Shown here: positions 26,043 to 34,822 of the stretch, in pieces | Position numbering within the stretch: position 1 is the stretch's first letter | Layout of the letters: the number at the start of each line of letters is the position of its first letter | NCBI GenBank assembly: GCA_001443375.1 | Contig: LDXM01000005.1 | Span: forward strand, 13,388 to 77,387 | Source: Chloroflexi bacterium CSP1-4 | GTDB lineage: Bacteria > Chloroflexota > Limnocylindria > Limnocylindrales > CSP1-4 | Length of the DNA: 64,000 nt | Reading direction: 5' to 3' | The notes under the pieces: model-generated | Database searches by the model: none | Told to the model about the DNA's origin: nothing | The model's input: the letters and a program-made list of their open reading frames with translations, nothing else | Made by a program: the position numbers and the translations under genes

Positions 26043-26461
26043 CGCGGATCCGCATCCCCACGGGCGATGATCACGGTGGCGTTGGCATGGTGCGCGACGT
26101 ACACCGACACGCTGCCGAGGACGGCCTGGCCGAGCGCGCTGAGTTGGCGCGAGCCGAGCACGATGGTGTCGTAGCCGAAGTCCTCGGCGACCTGCACGAT
26201 CAGCGGACCCGCGTCACCGATCGGCTCGTGGGTCTGGGCATCCAGCCCGCGTTCGGCGAGGAAGGCCTTCGCTTCGTGCAGCTCGGCGGCGTGGGCCGAG
26301 GCGGCGCTCCACGGATCGTCCGGCGGCGGGCCCATCTCCAGCGGCGCCACGCTGACCAGGCCGACACGGGTCCCCAGGCCGGCGGCCAGCTCCGCCCCCA
26401 CCTCGAGCGCCCGTCGCGCCGGGGCGCTCCCGTCGTAGGCGATCAGGATGCCCCGGATCAC
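26039..26461 (-). CDS. Universal stress protein (UspA family)
   Basis: ORF 26039..26461. ILIAYDGS...TIVLGSRQLSALGQAVLGSVSVYVAHHANATVIIAR. Confidence 0.85.
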   Translation of the reverse strand: MIRGILIAYDGSAPARRALEVGAELAAGLGTRVGLVSVAPLEMGPPPDDPWSAASAHAAELHEAKAFLAERGLDAQTHEPIGDAGPLIVQVAEDFGYDTIVLGSRQLSALGQAVLGSVSVYVAHHANATVIIARGDADPR

Positions 26462-26482
26462 GCCGCTCGCCGCCGTTCCACG

Positions 26483-27553
26483 TCAGGCGACCTCCGTGGG
26501 CGTCGTGCCGGGTGGCGGCCCGGCGCCGCCGGGTGTCTGCGCTCCCATGACCAGCCGCGGCTGGGCTCCGAACGAGACCATCGGGAAGCGCGCCACGAAG
26601 AGGCCCCACAGGCCGCGCGGGGCCAGCAGGGTCAGCCCGATCGCCACGACGCCGAGGATCACGAGGTACAGGCTACCGAAATCGGCGAGGGTCTCGCGCA
26701 GGCCGATGAAGACGAGGGCACCGACGATCGGGCCCTCGATCCGCCCCAGGCCGCCGATGATCACGATGAAGATCATGCGCGCGGTCCAGTCGACGCTGAA
26801 GGCCGCGTTGGGCTGGATGCGCAGCAGGCTGAGGTAGATGATCGCGCCGGCCACCGCGCAGCCGACCGAGGCGATGAGGTAGACCGCCAGCTTCGTCCGG
26901 AAGACGTCGATGCCCAGGCTTTCCGCGCCGGCCTCGCTGTCACGGAGGGCCCGCAGGGCCAGCCCGAGGCGCGAGCGCATGATCCAGGCCACGAGGATGA
27001 CCGAGCCGAAGCCGACGCCCAGCGCCAGCCAGTAGGTCAGCGCCAGCCGGCCCTGCGGGCCCAGGAAGGCCGCGCCCTGGATGGTCACCCCGTTGCCGGC
27101 GCCGACCTCCTTCGCTCCCGAGACGAGGATCCGGAAGACCTCGGCGATGACCCACGTGCCGATGGCGAAGTAGCCGCCGTGCAACCGGAAGGCGAAGAGC
27201 GAAGTGGCCAGCGCGATGAGCGCGATGACCGCGGCCAGGACGGGGATGGCCAGCAGCGGGTGGAGGCCGAGGCGGTCGGTGCCCACGAAGAGGCCGTAGG
27301 CGCCCAGGCCCACGAAGGCTTGCTGGCCGATGGAGACGAGCCCCGCGTAGCCGGCCAGCAGGTTCCACATCTGCGCCAGCGCGAGCAGCGTGAAGAACTC
27401 GATGAGCAGCTTCATGAACCCCGATCCGCCCCAGGCCGGCGCGGTCGCCAGGACGGCCAGCAGCAGCAGGCCGACGACCGCCGCGGCCCGGCTGGCGGGC
27501 GTGGCCGACTCGACGCGAAACGGGGGCACGGCGGTCGCGCTCGTCGTCGACAT
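26483..27553 (-). CDS. livM: Branched-chain amino acid-type ABC transporter permease (LivM family)
   Basis: Real part of ORF 26483..28426, from MSTTSATAVPP. LSIGQQAFVGLGAY...RDSEAGAESLGIDV are typical of LivM. Confidence 0.85.
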   Translation of the reverse strand: MSTTSATAVPPFRVESATPASRAAAVVGLLLLAVLATAPAWGGSGFMKLLIEFFTLLALAQMWNLLAGYAGLVSIGQQAFVGLGAYGLFVGTDRLGLHPLLAIPVLAAVIALIALATSLFAFRLHGGYFAIGTWVIAEVFRILVSGAKEVGAGNGVTIQGAAFLGPQGRLALTYWLALGVGFGSVILVAWIMRSRLGLALRALRDSEAGAESLGIDVFRTKLAVYLIASVGCAVAGAIIYLSLLRIQPNAAFSVDWTARMIFIVIIGGLGRIEGPIVGALVFIGLRETLADFGSLYLVILGVVAIGLTLLAPRGLWGLFVARFPMVSFGAQPRLVMGAQTPGGAGPPPGTTPTEVA

Positions 27554-27555
27554 GC

Positions 27556-28431
27556 TCACACCTGGCGCGCCGTGCGGCGGGCGAAGAGCCCGCTCGGTCG
27601 AAAGGCAAGGACGGCGAGGAAGAGGAGGTGCCCGGCCAGCGCCTGGTAGGCGGGGTTGACCTGGTTGCCGACGGCCTGGGCCACGCCCAGGGCCACGCCC
27701 CCGACGAGGGTGCCCCACAGCGACCCGAGGCCGCCGATGATGACTGACTCGAAGGCGAAGATGAGGCGCTGCGGCCCGTCCGAGGGCCCGAAGGTGGTGC
27801 GGATGCCCAGGAAGACGCCGGCCACCGCGACCGTCCCCAGCGAGATGGCCATGGCGATGCTGTAGAGGCGGCGGTGATCGATGCCCACGATGCGGGCCGC
27901 CTCCGTGTCGTCGGACGTCGCTCGCAGGGCGCGGCCCAACTGGGTCCGACTGACCACGAACTGGAGGCCGAGGAGCACGCCGACGGCGACGAGCAGCGTC
28001 AGCAGCGGGAAGAACCCGACCGAGATCTGATCGGTGAGGGTCACGCTCGCATTCTCGAGGGGTCCGGCGTCCAGGCCCTGGGAGTCGGCCGAGAAGACGT
28101 CCAGGAGCACGTTCTGCACCACCACGGCGATGCCGAAGGTGACCAGCACCGGCGGTAGCACGCCGCCGCCGAGGGCGAAGTTCAGGAGCACGCGCTGGAG
28201 GAGGAAGCCGATGACCATCATCACCGGCACCACGGCGACGAGGCCGACGAGCGGGTTGGCGCCCGTCGCCGTGACCACCACCAGGGCCAGATAGGCAGCC
28301 AGGATGTTGAGGTCTCCGTGCGCGAGGTTGACCAGGCGCATGACCCCGAAGGCCAGCGAGAGCCCCGTGGCCAGGAGCGCGTAGAGGCCGCCGAGGAGCG
28401 TGCCCTGGATGACCGCGTTGACCCACTCCAT
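27556..28431 (-). CDS. livH: Branched-chain amino acid-type ABC transporter permease (LivH family)
   Basis: ORF 27556..28431. MEWVNAVIQGTLLGGLYALLATGLSLAFGVMRLVNLAHGD. Confidence 0.9.
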   Translation of the reverse strand: MEWVNAVIQGTLLGGLYALLATGLSLAFGVMRLVNLAHGDLNILAAYLALVVVTATGANPLVGLVAVVPVMMVIGFLLQRVLLNFALGGGVLPPVLVTFGIAVVVQNVLLDVFSADSQGLDAGPLENASVTLTDQISVGFFPLLTLLVAVGVLLGLQFVVSRTQLGRALRATSDDTEAARIVGIDHRRLYSIAMAISLGTVAVAGVFLGIRTTFGPSDGPQRLIFAFESVIIGGLGSLWGTLVGGVALGVAQAVGNQVNPAYQALAGHLLFLAVLAFRPSGLFARRTARQV

Positions 28432-28448
28432 GTCGGCTGGACGCTCCC

Positions 28449-29147
28449 TCAGATGCCGAAGTACGCGGCGGCGATGGCCTCGCGGGTCAGCTCCGCGGGC
28501 CGTCCCGCGAGTGAGATGCGCCCTTCCAGGAGGCAGGCGACGCGATCCGCGACCCCGAGGGCCTGATCGATGTTCTGCTCCACGATGAGCACCGTCGTGC
28601 CCGCCGCGGCGATGGCCGGAAGTCGATCGTAGAGCTCGCGGATGACGACCGGCGCGAGCCCCAGCGAGACCTCGTCGAGGAGCAACAGGCGCGGGTTGTT
28701 CATCAGCGCGCGCCCGATCGCGAGGGCCTGCTGCTCGCCGCCGGAGAGCACGGCCGCGCTGCGGCGCGCGCGCTCCTTCAGCAGCGGGAACAGCTCGTAC
28801 ACCCGCCCGAGGCCCCAGTGGCCGCGCCTTCCGCGGTAACCACCGATGAGCAGGTTCTCCTCGACGCTGAGGCTGGGGAAGACTCGCCGCCCCTCCGGCA
28901 CCAGCGAGACGCCGAGCTTCACGCGCTCGTGGGTGGGCAATGCGTCGATGGCCTGGCCATCGAAACGGATCCCGCCGCCTCGCGCGGGCAGCAGGCCGGC
29001 GATCATGCGCAGCAGGGTCGACTTGCCCGCTCCGTTGGAGCCGATCATGGCGAACCGTTCGCCCTCCTGCACCGCGAGTGAGATGTCGTACAGCGCCTGG
29101 AAGTCGCCGTAGAAGCTGCTCGCGCCGCGGACCTCCAGCAGGCTCAC
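28449..29147 (-). CDS. livF: ABC transporter ATP-binding protein (LivF family)
   Basis: Part of ORF 28449..30779, from the GTG at 29147 (VSLLEVRGAS). GSNGAGKST, LSGGEQQ, LLLDE. GTGA overlap with livG. Confidence 0.9.
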   Translation of the reverse strand: MSLLEVRGASSFYGDFQALYDISLAVQEGERFAMIGSNGAGKSTLLRMIAGLLPARGGGIRFDGQAIDALPTHERVKLGVSLVPEGRRVFPSLSVEENLLIGGYRGRRGHWGLGRVYELFPLLKERARRSAAVLSGGEQQALAIGRALMNNPRLLLLDEVSLGLAPVVIRELYDRLPAIAAAGTTVLIVEQNIDQALGVADRVACLLEGRISLAGRPAELTREAIAAAYFGI

Positions 29148-29872
29148 GCGCGGATTCCCTGGCCGAGGTAGACCGACTGGACCTCGGGACTGGCCATGAC
29201 CGTCTTCGGCGCGCCCTCGGCGAGCTTGCGGCCGTAGTTGGTGGCCATCAGGCGGTCGACGACGGAAACCAGGGCCTGGACGATGTGCTCGATCCAGACG
29301 ATGCCCAGCCCCTCGCCGCGCAGCGCCCGGATGATCTCGATCAGCGCCTGCACCTCGTGCTCCGCCAGGCCGCCGGCGATCTCGTCGAGTAGCAGCAGTC
29401 GGGGACCGGAGGCCAGCGCTCGCGCCAGCTCCAGCCGCTTGCGGTCGAGCAGCGTCAGGGCGCCGGCAGGCGTGTTGGCGTGCGCCAGGAGACCGGTCCG
29501 TTCCAGCGCCGCAACGGTCGCCGTACGCGGGTCGGCGCCGGTCCGCTGCCCGGCGAAGCTGGCGCCGATCAGCACGTTCTCGAAGACGGTCATGCCGCCG
29601 AAGGGATGCGGCACCTGGTGGGTCCGACCGATGCCGGCCCGCGCTCGCGCGTGGACCGGCATGGCCGTGATGTCCCGGCCGTCGAGCAGGATGCGCCCGC
29701 GGTCGGGCTGGAGACTGCCGGTGATGAGGTTGAGCATCGAGGTCTTGCCGGCGCCGTTGGGGCCCACCACTCCGAGGATCTCGCCCGCCGCCAGCGTGTA
29801 GGACAGCTCGTCGGCCACGACGACCGTCCCGAAGGCCTTGGCGACGTGGTCGAGCTCCAGCAGCGCGGCCAC
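29144..29872 (-). CDS. livG: ABC transporter ATP-binding protein (LivG family)
   Basis: ORF 29144..29872. GPNGAGKTS, LLLLDEIAGGL. Confidence 0.9.
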   Translation of the reverse strand: MAALLELDHVAKAFGTVVVADELSYTLAAGEILGVVGPNGAGKTSMLNLITGSLQPDRGRILLDGRDITAMPVHARARAGIGRTHQVPHPFGGMTVFENVLIGASFAGQRTGADPRTATVAALERTGLLAHANTPAGALTLLDRKRLELARALASGPRLLLLDEIAGGLAEHEVQALIEIIRALRGEGLGIVWIEHIVQALVSVVDRLMATNYGRKLAEGAPKTVMASPEVQSVYLGQGIRA

Positions 29873-29899
29873 GTCGCCTCCGGGAGCCGAGGGACGGAC

Positions 29900-31312
29900 C
29901 TAGCCGCCGATGGGGCGGAGCTGCCCGGCCTTCGGGATCTCGGGATGGTCCTTGTTGCTGACGATGACCAGGTCGTAGGGGAAGGTGGTGCCCCGTCCCC
30001 ACTGCCCGCCCACGAGCGGCGTCTTGGAGATGTTCGGGAAGGGCACTCCGCCCGTCCAGTCCACCCTGCCCACGATGGTGTCGAGGACCGTGACCTTCAG
30101 GGCGTCGCGGATGGTCGCCTTGTTCTCGATGTCCGTGGTGCGCTTGAGCACGTCGCTGGCCAGTTCGAAGAGGGCGTGCCCGAAGCCGATCGGCTGCGTC
30201 CACTGCTTGCTCGTCGCCGCCGTGTACCCGTCGGCGAGGTCCTTCGCCGTCTGGCCGGTCAGCGACGAGCTGAAGGGATGGCTGGGGCTCCACCAGACCT
30301 CGCTCGAGAGCGCATCGCCCTCCCCGTTGGTGCCCAACGCCTCGACCGAGGCCGGGAAGAGGAGCGCCTTGCCGATGGAGGCGATCTTCGGCGTGAAGCC
30401 TTGCTGCTTGGCCTGGTTCCAGAAGGTCGTGAAATCGGGCGGGATGGGCACGCCGGTGACGATCTCGGCCGAAGCTGTCTTGAAGGCGCCGATCTGGGCC
30501 GAGAAGTCGGAGCTGAGGTTCTCGTACCGGCCGGGGTCGTGGATCGTGTAGCCGGCGGCCGCGAGCGGCGGCGGGAAGCCCAGGACGGGGTCGCCCCAGG
30601 CGTTGCCATCGCCGTCGTTGGGGAAGAGCCCACCTACTTGCTTGTTCGTGTCGACCTGGCTCCACATGTCCAGGAAGACGGCGATGATGTCCTCCAGGCC
30701 CCAGAAGAAGTGGTACGTCCACTCGAACGGGACGGGGTTCGCCGGGTCCTTCTGGCGCCCGAAGAAGTACGGCTGCCACGGTGCGACCGTCGAGATGCAG
30801 GGCACCTGGTTGGCCTCGGCCTGGTCGGAGACCGGGTTCGTCGTCTCGGGTGTCGAAGCGACCAGCATGAGGTCGATCCCGTCCTGGAGGATGAGATCGC
30901 CGGCCACCTCGGCGGCACGGTTCGGGTCGGACTGGCTGTCCTTGGCCAGGATCTGGATGGGATGCAGCGTGCCACCGATATCCACGCCACCGGCGAAGGC
31001 CGCGTTGGCGCCGGCGAGGATGTACTCGTCAGCCTCGCCGAAGCCGGCCAGGGGCCCCGTCGTGGGACTGACGTAGCCGATCTTGATGGCGCGCCCGGTC
31101 GGCACTGCGGTGGCGGTCGCGCCGGCCGTCGCGGCGGGGCCCGTGGTGGCCGTCGGGGCGGGCGTCCCTCCGCTCGGCTGGCAGGCCGCGAGGAAGGCGC
31201 CCAGCCCGGCGGTCGCTCCGGCGTACCCCGTCAGGCGCAGGAAATCCCGCCGGTCGAGGGGACGACCCAGCACCGCTTCGACGATCCTCCGCTCGTTCGC
31301 TTCGTTCGACAT
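29900..31312 (-). CDS. ABC transporter substrate-binding lipoprotein (LivK/type I periplasmic binding fold), Tat-type signal
   Basis: ORF 29900..31312. RRDFLRLTGYAG...LAAC lipobox, a Thr/Ala/Pro linker, then IKIGYVSPTTGPLAGFG. Confidence 0.85.
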   Translation of the reverse strand: MSNEANERRIVEAVLGRPLDRRDFLRLTGYAGATAGLGAFLAACQPSGGTPAPTATTGPAATAGATATAVPTGRAIKIGYVSPTTGPLAGFGEADEYILAGANAAFAGGVDIGGTLHPIQILAKDSQSDPNRAAEVAGDLILQDGIDLMLVASTPETTNPVSDQAEANQVPCISTVAPWQPYFFGRQKDPANPVPFEWTYHFFWGLEDIIAVFLDMWSQVDTNKQVGGLFPNDGDGNAWGDPVLGFPPPLAAAGYTIHDPGRYENLSSDFSAQIGAFKTASAEIVTGVPIPPDFTTFWNQAKQQGFTPKIASIGKALLFPASVEALGTNGEGDALSSEVWWSPSHPFSSSLTGQTAKDLADGYTAATSKQWTQPIGFGHALFELASDVLKRTTDIENKATIRDALKVTVLDTIVGRVDWTGGVPFPNISKTPLVGGQWGRGTTFPYDLVIVSNKDHPEIPKAGQLRPIGG

Positions 31313-31441
31313 CGCGCTGCTCCTCCTCGTGCCGCTCGTGCAGCGAGCGGTCGCTGATCAGACTCCTGCGCCTCGACGGGAGTGTACGGGCTCGGCCCGT
31401 CCGCTACACATCGATTCGGAGCGCGTCGCAGGCGGGCGCGT

Positions 31442-32236
31442 TCATCGGAAGCGAGTGAAGTCGGGCGGCCGCTTCTCGTTGTAGGCGGCGAATCCCTCCC
31501 GTCCCTCGTCGGTCTTCGTGTAGAGGCTGAGGCCGTCGAAGACGAGGTTCTGGATGCCCACGATGTGATCGGTGTCGGCGTTGAACGAGTGCTTCAGGAA
31601 CCGCATCGCCGTCGGCGAGTAGGCGGCGATCTTCTTCCCCCAGGCGACGGCCGTGGGCACGACCTGGTCCTGCGGGACGACCGCGTTGACGAGCCCCCAC
31701 CGCTCGGCGGTCGCGGCGTCGTACTGATCGAGCAGGAACCAGATCTCCCGCGCGCGTTTCTCGCCCACCACGCGGGCGAGGTACGCGCTGCCGAAGCCGC
31801 CGTCGAACGACCCGACCCGTGGCCCGGTCTGGCCGAACCGGGCCGTCTCCGAGGCGACCGTCAGGTCGCACAGCACGTGGAGCACGTGGCCGCCGCCGAT
31901 GGCGAAGCCGTTGACCGCGGCGATGACGGGTTTCGGGATCGCCCTGATGAGCCGGTGCAGCCGTTCGATCTCGAAGAGCCCGCTCTCCGTCGGCCCATAG
32001 TCGCCGGTCTCCGCGCGCTGCTTCTGGTCGCCGCCGGCGCAGAATGCCCGGTCGCCCGCGCCCGTGAGCACCACGGCGGCGACGGTCGAGTCCGCCCACG
32101 CCGCCCGGAAGGCGGCGATCAGCTCGTCGACGGTGCGGCCGCGGAACGCGTTCATGCGATCCGGGCGGTCGATGGTGATGATCGCGACGCCGTCGTCGAT
32201 CTCGTAGCGGACGTCGGTGAAGCCGTTGCCAGTCAT
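31442..32236 (-). CDS. MenB/BadI-subfamily crotonase (1,4-dihydroxy-2-naphthoyl-CoA synthase-like)
   Basis: Last 265 codons of ORF 31442..34711, from MTGNGFTDVRYE. AFCAGGDQK...GFAIGGGHVLHVLCDLTVASETARFGQTGPRVGSFDGGFGSAYLARVVGEKRAREIWFL...EKRPPDFTRFR closely follows MenB. Confidence 0.85.
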   Translation of the reverse strand: MTGNGFTDVRYEIDDGVAIITIDRPDRMNAFRGRTVDELIAAFRAAWADSTVAAVVLTGAGDRAFCAGGDQKQRAETGDYGPTESGLFEIERLHRLIRAIPKPVIAAVNGFAIGGGHVLHVLCDLTVASETARFGQTGPRVGSFDGGFGSAYLARVVGEKRAREIWFLLDQYDAATAERWGLVNAVVPQDQVVPTAVAWGKKIAAYSPTAMRFLKHSFNADTDHIVGIQNLVFDGLSLYTKTDEGREGFAAYNEKRPPDFTRFR

Positions 32237-32335
32237 TCGGTCACCTCGCTGCCGGGGGGTGGAGCGCGTGGGCGCATCCAGACGCGTATGGTACGGAGAG
32301 CGTGAACCAGTGTCGGGCAGGTCGTCGAGGGCGGG

Positions 32336-33553
32336 ATGCAGATGCAGAAACCACTGGCCGGTATCAAGGTCCTGAGCTTCGAGATCCAGGTCGCCGGCCC
32401 CTACTGCAGCATGATGCTGGCCGACCAGGGAGCCGCTGTCATCAAGGTCGAGCAACCGGGCTCGGGTGACACGGCTCGCGGCGGCGCGCCGAGGATCACG
32501 AACGAACGGGGCGAGCAGCAGAGCGGCTACTTCCTGCGCTTCAACCGCAACAAGCGCAGCCTCACGCTCAACCTGAAGAGCGAGGCCGGGCGGCAGATCT
32601 TCCGAGACCTGGCCAGGGGTTCGGATGTCCTGATCGAGAACTTCCGACCGGGTCTCCTCGACGAGATGGGGCTCGGATACGACGCGCTGTCGAAGGACAA
32701 CCCCGGCCTCGTCTACGCCAGCATCACCGGCTTCGGGAGCATGGAGGGCTACCTGGGGCCCTACAGCAAGCGTCCCGCCTACGATATCGTGGCTCAGGCC
32801 ATGGGCGGCCTGATGGCCACCTGCGGACAGGCGGGTGGCCCGCCGACCTGGCGGGGGGTGGCCCTCGGCGACATCGCCTCGGGGATGAACGCGGCGTACG
32901 CGATCACGCTGGCCCTCTTCCAGCGCGGCCAGACCGGCCTGGGCCAGTACATCGACGTCTCGATGTACGACACGATCATCGGCCTGGCGGAGCGTTCGCT
33001 GACCGCCTACGCGCTCACGGGCACGATCCTGGAGCGCGGACGCGAGCCGTACATGGCTCCCTGGGGGCCGTTCGAGTGCAGCGACGGGTGGGTCGCGCTG
33101 ATCGTCGCCACCGAGCGCGACTGGGGCCATTTCTGCGAGGCCATCGGCCGTCCCGACCTCGTCGGCCACGAGGGCGCCACGTCTGGCCCCGAGCGGGCCG
33201 GGAACATGGCCGGCTGGCTCGGTCAGACCATCGCCGGGTGGTTCAGGGGCCAGACGAAGGCCGAAGCCGCGGAGAGGTTGCTGGCGGCCGGGCTGCCGGC
33301 CGGTCCGGTGCAGAATGCCCAGGAGATCCACGAGTGTCCCCATGTCAAGGCCCGGGGGACGCTGATCGACGTTCCCGATCCCATCCTCGGGACGGTGCGG
33401 CTGGTCGGGCCTCCGTTCAAGATGTCGGGCAGTCCGGCGCCGGTCACCATGGCCGCGCCACTCCTGGGCGAGGACACCGCGGACATCCTGCGCGAGATGC
33501 TCGGTTACTCCGATCAGGATGTGACTCGTTTGCAGGCAGAAGGAGTCCTCTAG
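32336..33553 (+). CDS. Family III CoA-transferase (CaiB/BaiF type)
   Basis: ORF 32336..33553. LAGIKVLSFEIQVAGPYCSMMLADQGAAVIKVE...NRNKRSLTLNLK...AYDIVAQAMGG. Confidence 0.9.
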   Translation: MQMQKPLAGIKVLSFEIQVAGPYCSMMLADQGAAVIKVEQPGSGDTARGGAPRITNERGEQQSGYFLRFNRNKRSLTLNLKSEAGRQIFRDLARGSDVLIENFRPGLLDEMGLGYDALSKDNPGLVYASITGFGSMEGYLGPYSKRPAYDIVAQAMGGLMATCGQAGGPPTWRGVALGDIASGMNAAYAITLALFQRGQTGLGQYIDVSMYDTIIGLAERSLTAYALTGTILERGREPYMAPWGPFECSDGWVALIVATERDWGHFCEAIGRPDLVGHEGATSGPERAGNMAGWLGQTIAGWFRGQTKAEAAERLLAAGLPAGPVQNAQEIHECPHVKARGTLIDVPDPILGTVRLVGPPFKMSGSPAPVTMAAPLLGEDTADILREMLGYSDQDVTRLQAEGVL

Positions 33554-34822
33554 GTGCCGATGTCGAGTGAAGTTGGCGTCGTGAGCGCCGTGCGCAGCCC
33601 GTTCGGGAAGTTCGGCGGCGCGTTGCGGGACTTCACCTTGCCCGAGCTGGGTGGGCGGGTCGTCGCCGAGGCCATCCGGCGGGCCGGGATCGACCCGGCC
33701 GACGTCGAGGAGGTGGCCACCGGCGTCAACCTCCCGGGAGCCGACCGCTCGATCGCGCGACAGGTGCTGATCGAGGCCGGGATCCCGACGTCGCGCGTCG
33801 CCTACACCATCGATCGGGCCTGCTGTTCCTCGATGGCGGCGATCTCGATGGCATCGCGCTCGATCCGCCTGGGCGACACGAGGATCGCCGTGGCCGGCGG
33901 CACCGAGAACATGAGCCGGGTGCCCTACTTCCTGACCGCGCAACGGTGGGGCAACGCTCTCGGCGACGTGGTCCTCAAGGATCAGCTGGTCATCGCCGAC
34001 CCCATGACGGGCAAGCCCCGCGCCGTCCAGGCGGGGGAAGAGGCCGTCGAGTACGGGATCACCCGCGCCGAGCAGGATGCCTGGGCCGTGCGCAGCCATG
34101 AGAACTACCTGCGGGCCTGGGAGGCGGGCAAATTCGCCGAGGAGATCATGCCCATCTCCGTTCCGCAGCCCAAGGGGGAGCCGCTGCTCTTCACCCAGGA
34201 CGAGTCGGTGCGCCCCGGCACCACGCTGGAGAAGCTCGCCGCGCTGCCCACCATCTACGGCAGCCCCACGGTGACCGCGGGCAACGCCCCGGGCCTCAAC
34301 ACCGGGGCATCGGCGATGGTGCTGATGTCCCCGCAGGAGGCCGAACGACGCGGCACGGAGCCCCTGGCCATGCTGATCGGCTGGGCCATGGCGTCCGGGC
34401 ATCCCGACCGGATCGCGTCGATCCCGGCGGAGTCGGCCAGGCTGGTGCTGGAGCAGGTCGGGATGACCATCGACGACATGGACCTGATCGAGATCAACGA
34501 GGCCTTCGCGGCCGTCCCGCTCGTGTCGACGCTGCTGATGGCCGGCGGCGACCGGGCGAGGGCCGAGGCGATCCGGGACAGGACGAATGTCAACGGCGGC
34601 GCGATCGCCATCGGTCACCCCACCGGCGCGACGGGCGCGCGCCTGGTCATGACCCTGATCTACGAGCTGCGACGTCGCCGCGATGCGGCCGGTGAGAGCC
34701 GGCCCTACCACGGCCTGGCCACCATCTGCGGCGGCATCGGCGAGGCGGAGGCGATCATCGTCAAGGTCGCGGCCCGACGACCGCCGCGCACGGCGTCACG
34801 AGGCCAACGGAGCCGGACGTGA
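33554..34822 (+). CDS. Thiolase (acetyl-CoA C-acyltransferase family)
   Basis: ORF 33554..34822. IDRACCSSMAAI (active-site Cys), NVNGGAIAIGHPTGATG, ICGGIGEAEA. Confidence 0.9.
   Translation: MPMSSEVGVVSAVRSPFGKFGGALRDFTLPELGGRVVAEAIRRAGIDPADVEEVATGVNLPGADRSIARQVLIEAGIPTSRVAYTIDRACCSSMAAISMASRSIRLGDTRIAVAGGTENMSRVPYFLTAQRWGNALGDVVLKDQLVIADPMTGKPRAVQAGEEAVEYGITRAEQDAWAVRSHENYLRAWEAGKFAEEIMPISVPQPKGEPLLFTQDESVRPGTTLEKLAALPTIYGSPTVTAGNAPGLNTGASAMVLMSPQEAERRGTEPLAMLIGWAMASGHPDRIASIPAESARLVLEQVGMTIDDMDLIEINEAFAAVPLVSTLLMAGGDRARAEAIRDRTNVNGGAIAIGHPTGATGARLVMTLIYELRRRRDAAGESRPYHGLATICGGIGEAEAIIVKVAARRPPRTASRGQRSRT

Noticed and set aside
32237-34711. N-terminal 824 codons of the 1089-aa minus-strand ORF 31442..34711
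   Set aside because: Only the last 265 codons (the MenB-like protein, from the ATG at 32236) look like a protein. The rest is antisense to the CoA-transferase and thiolase genes and is compositionally aberrant.
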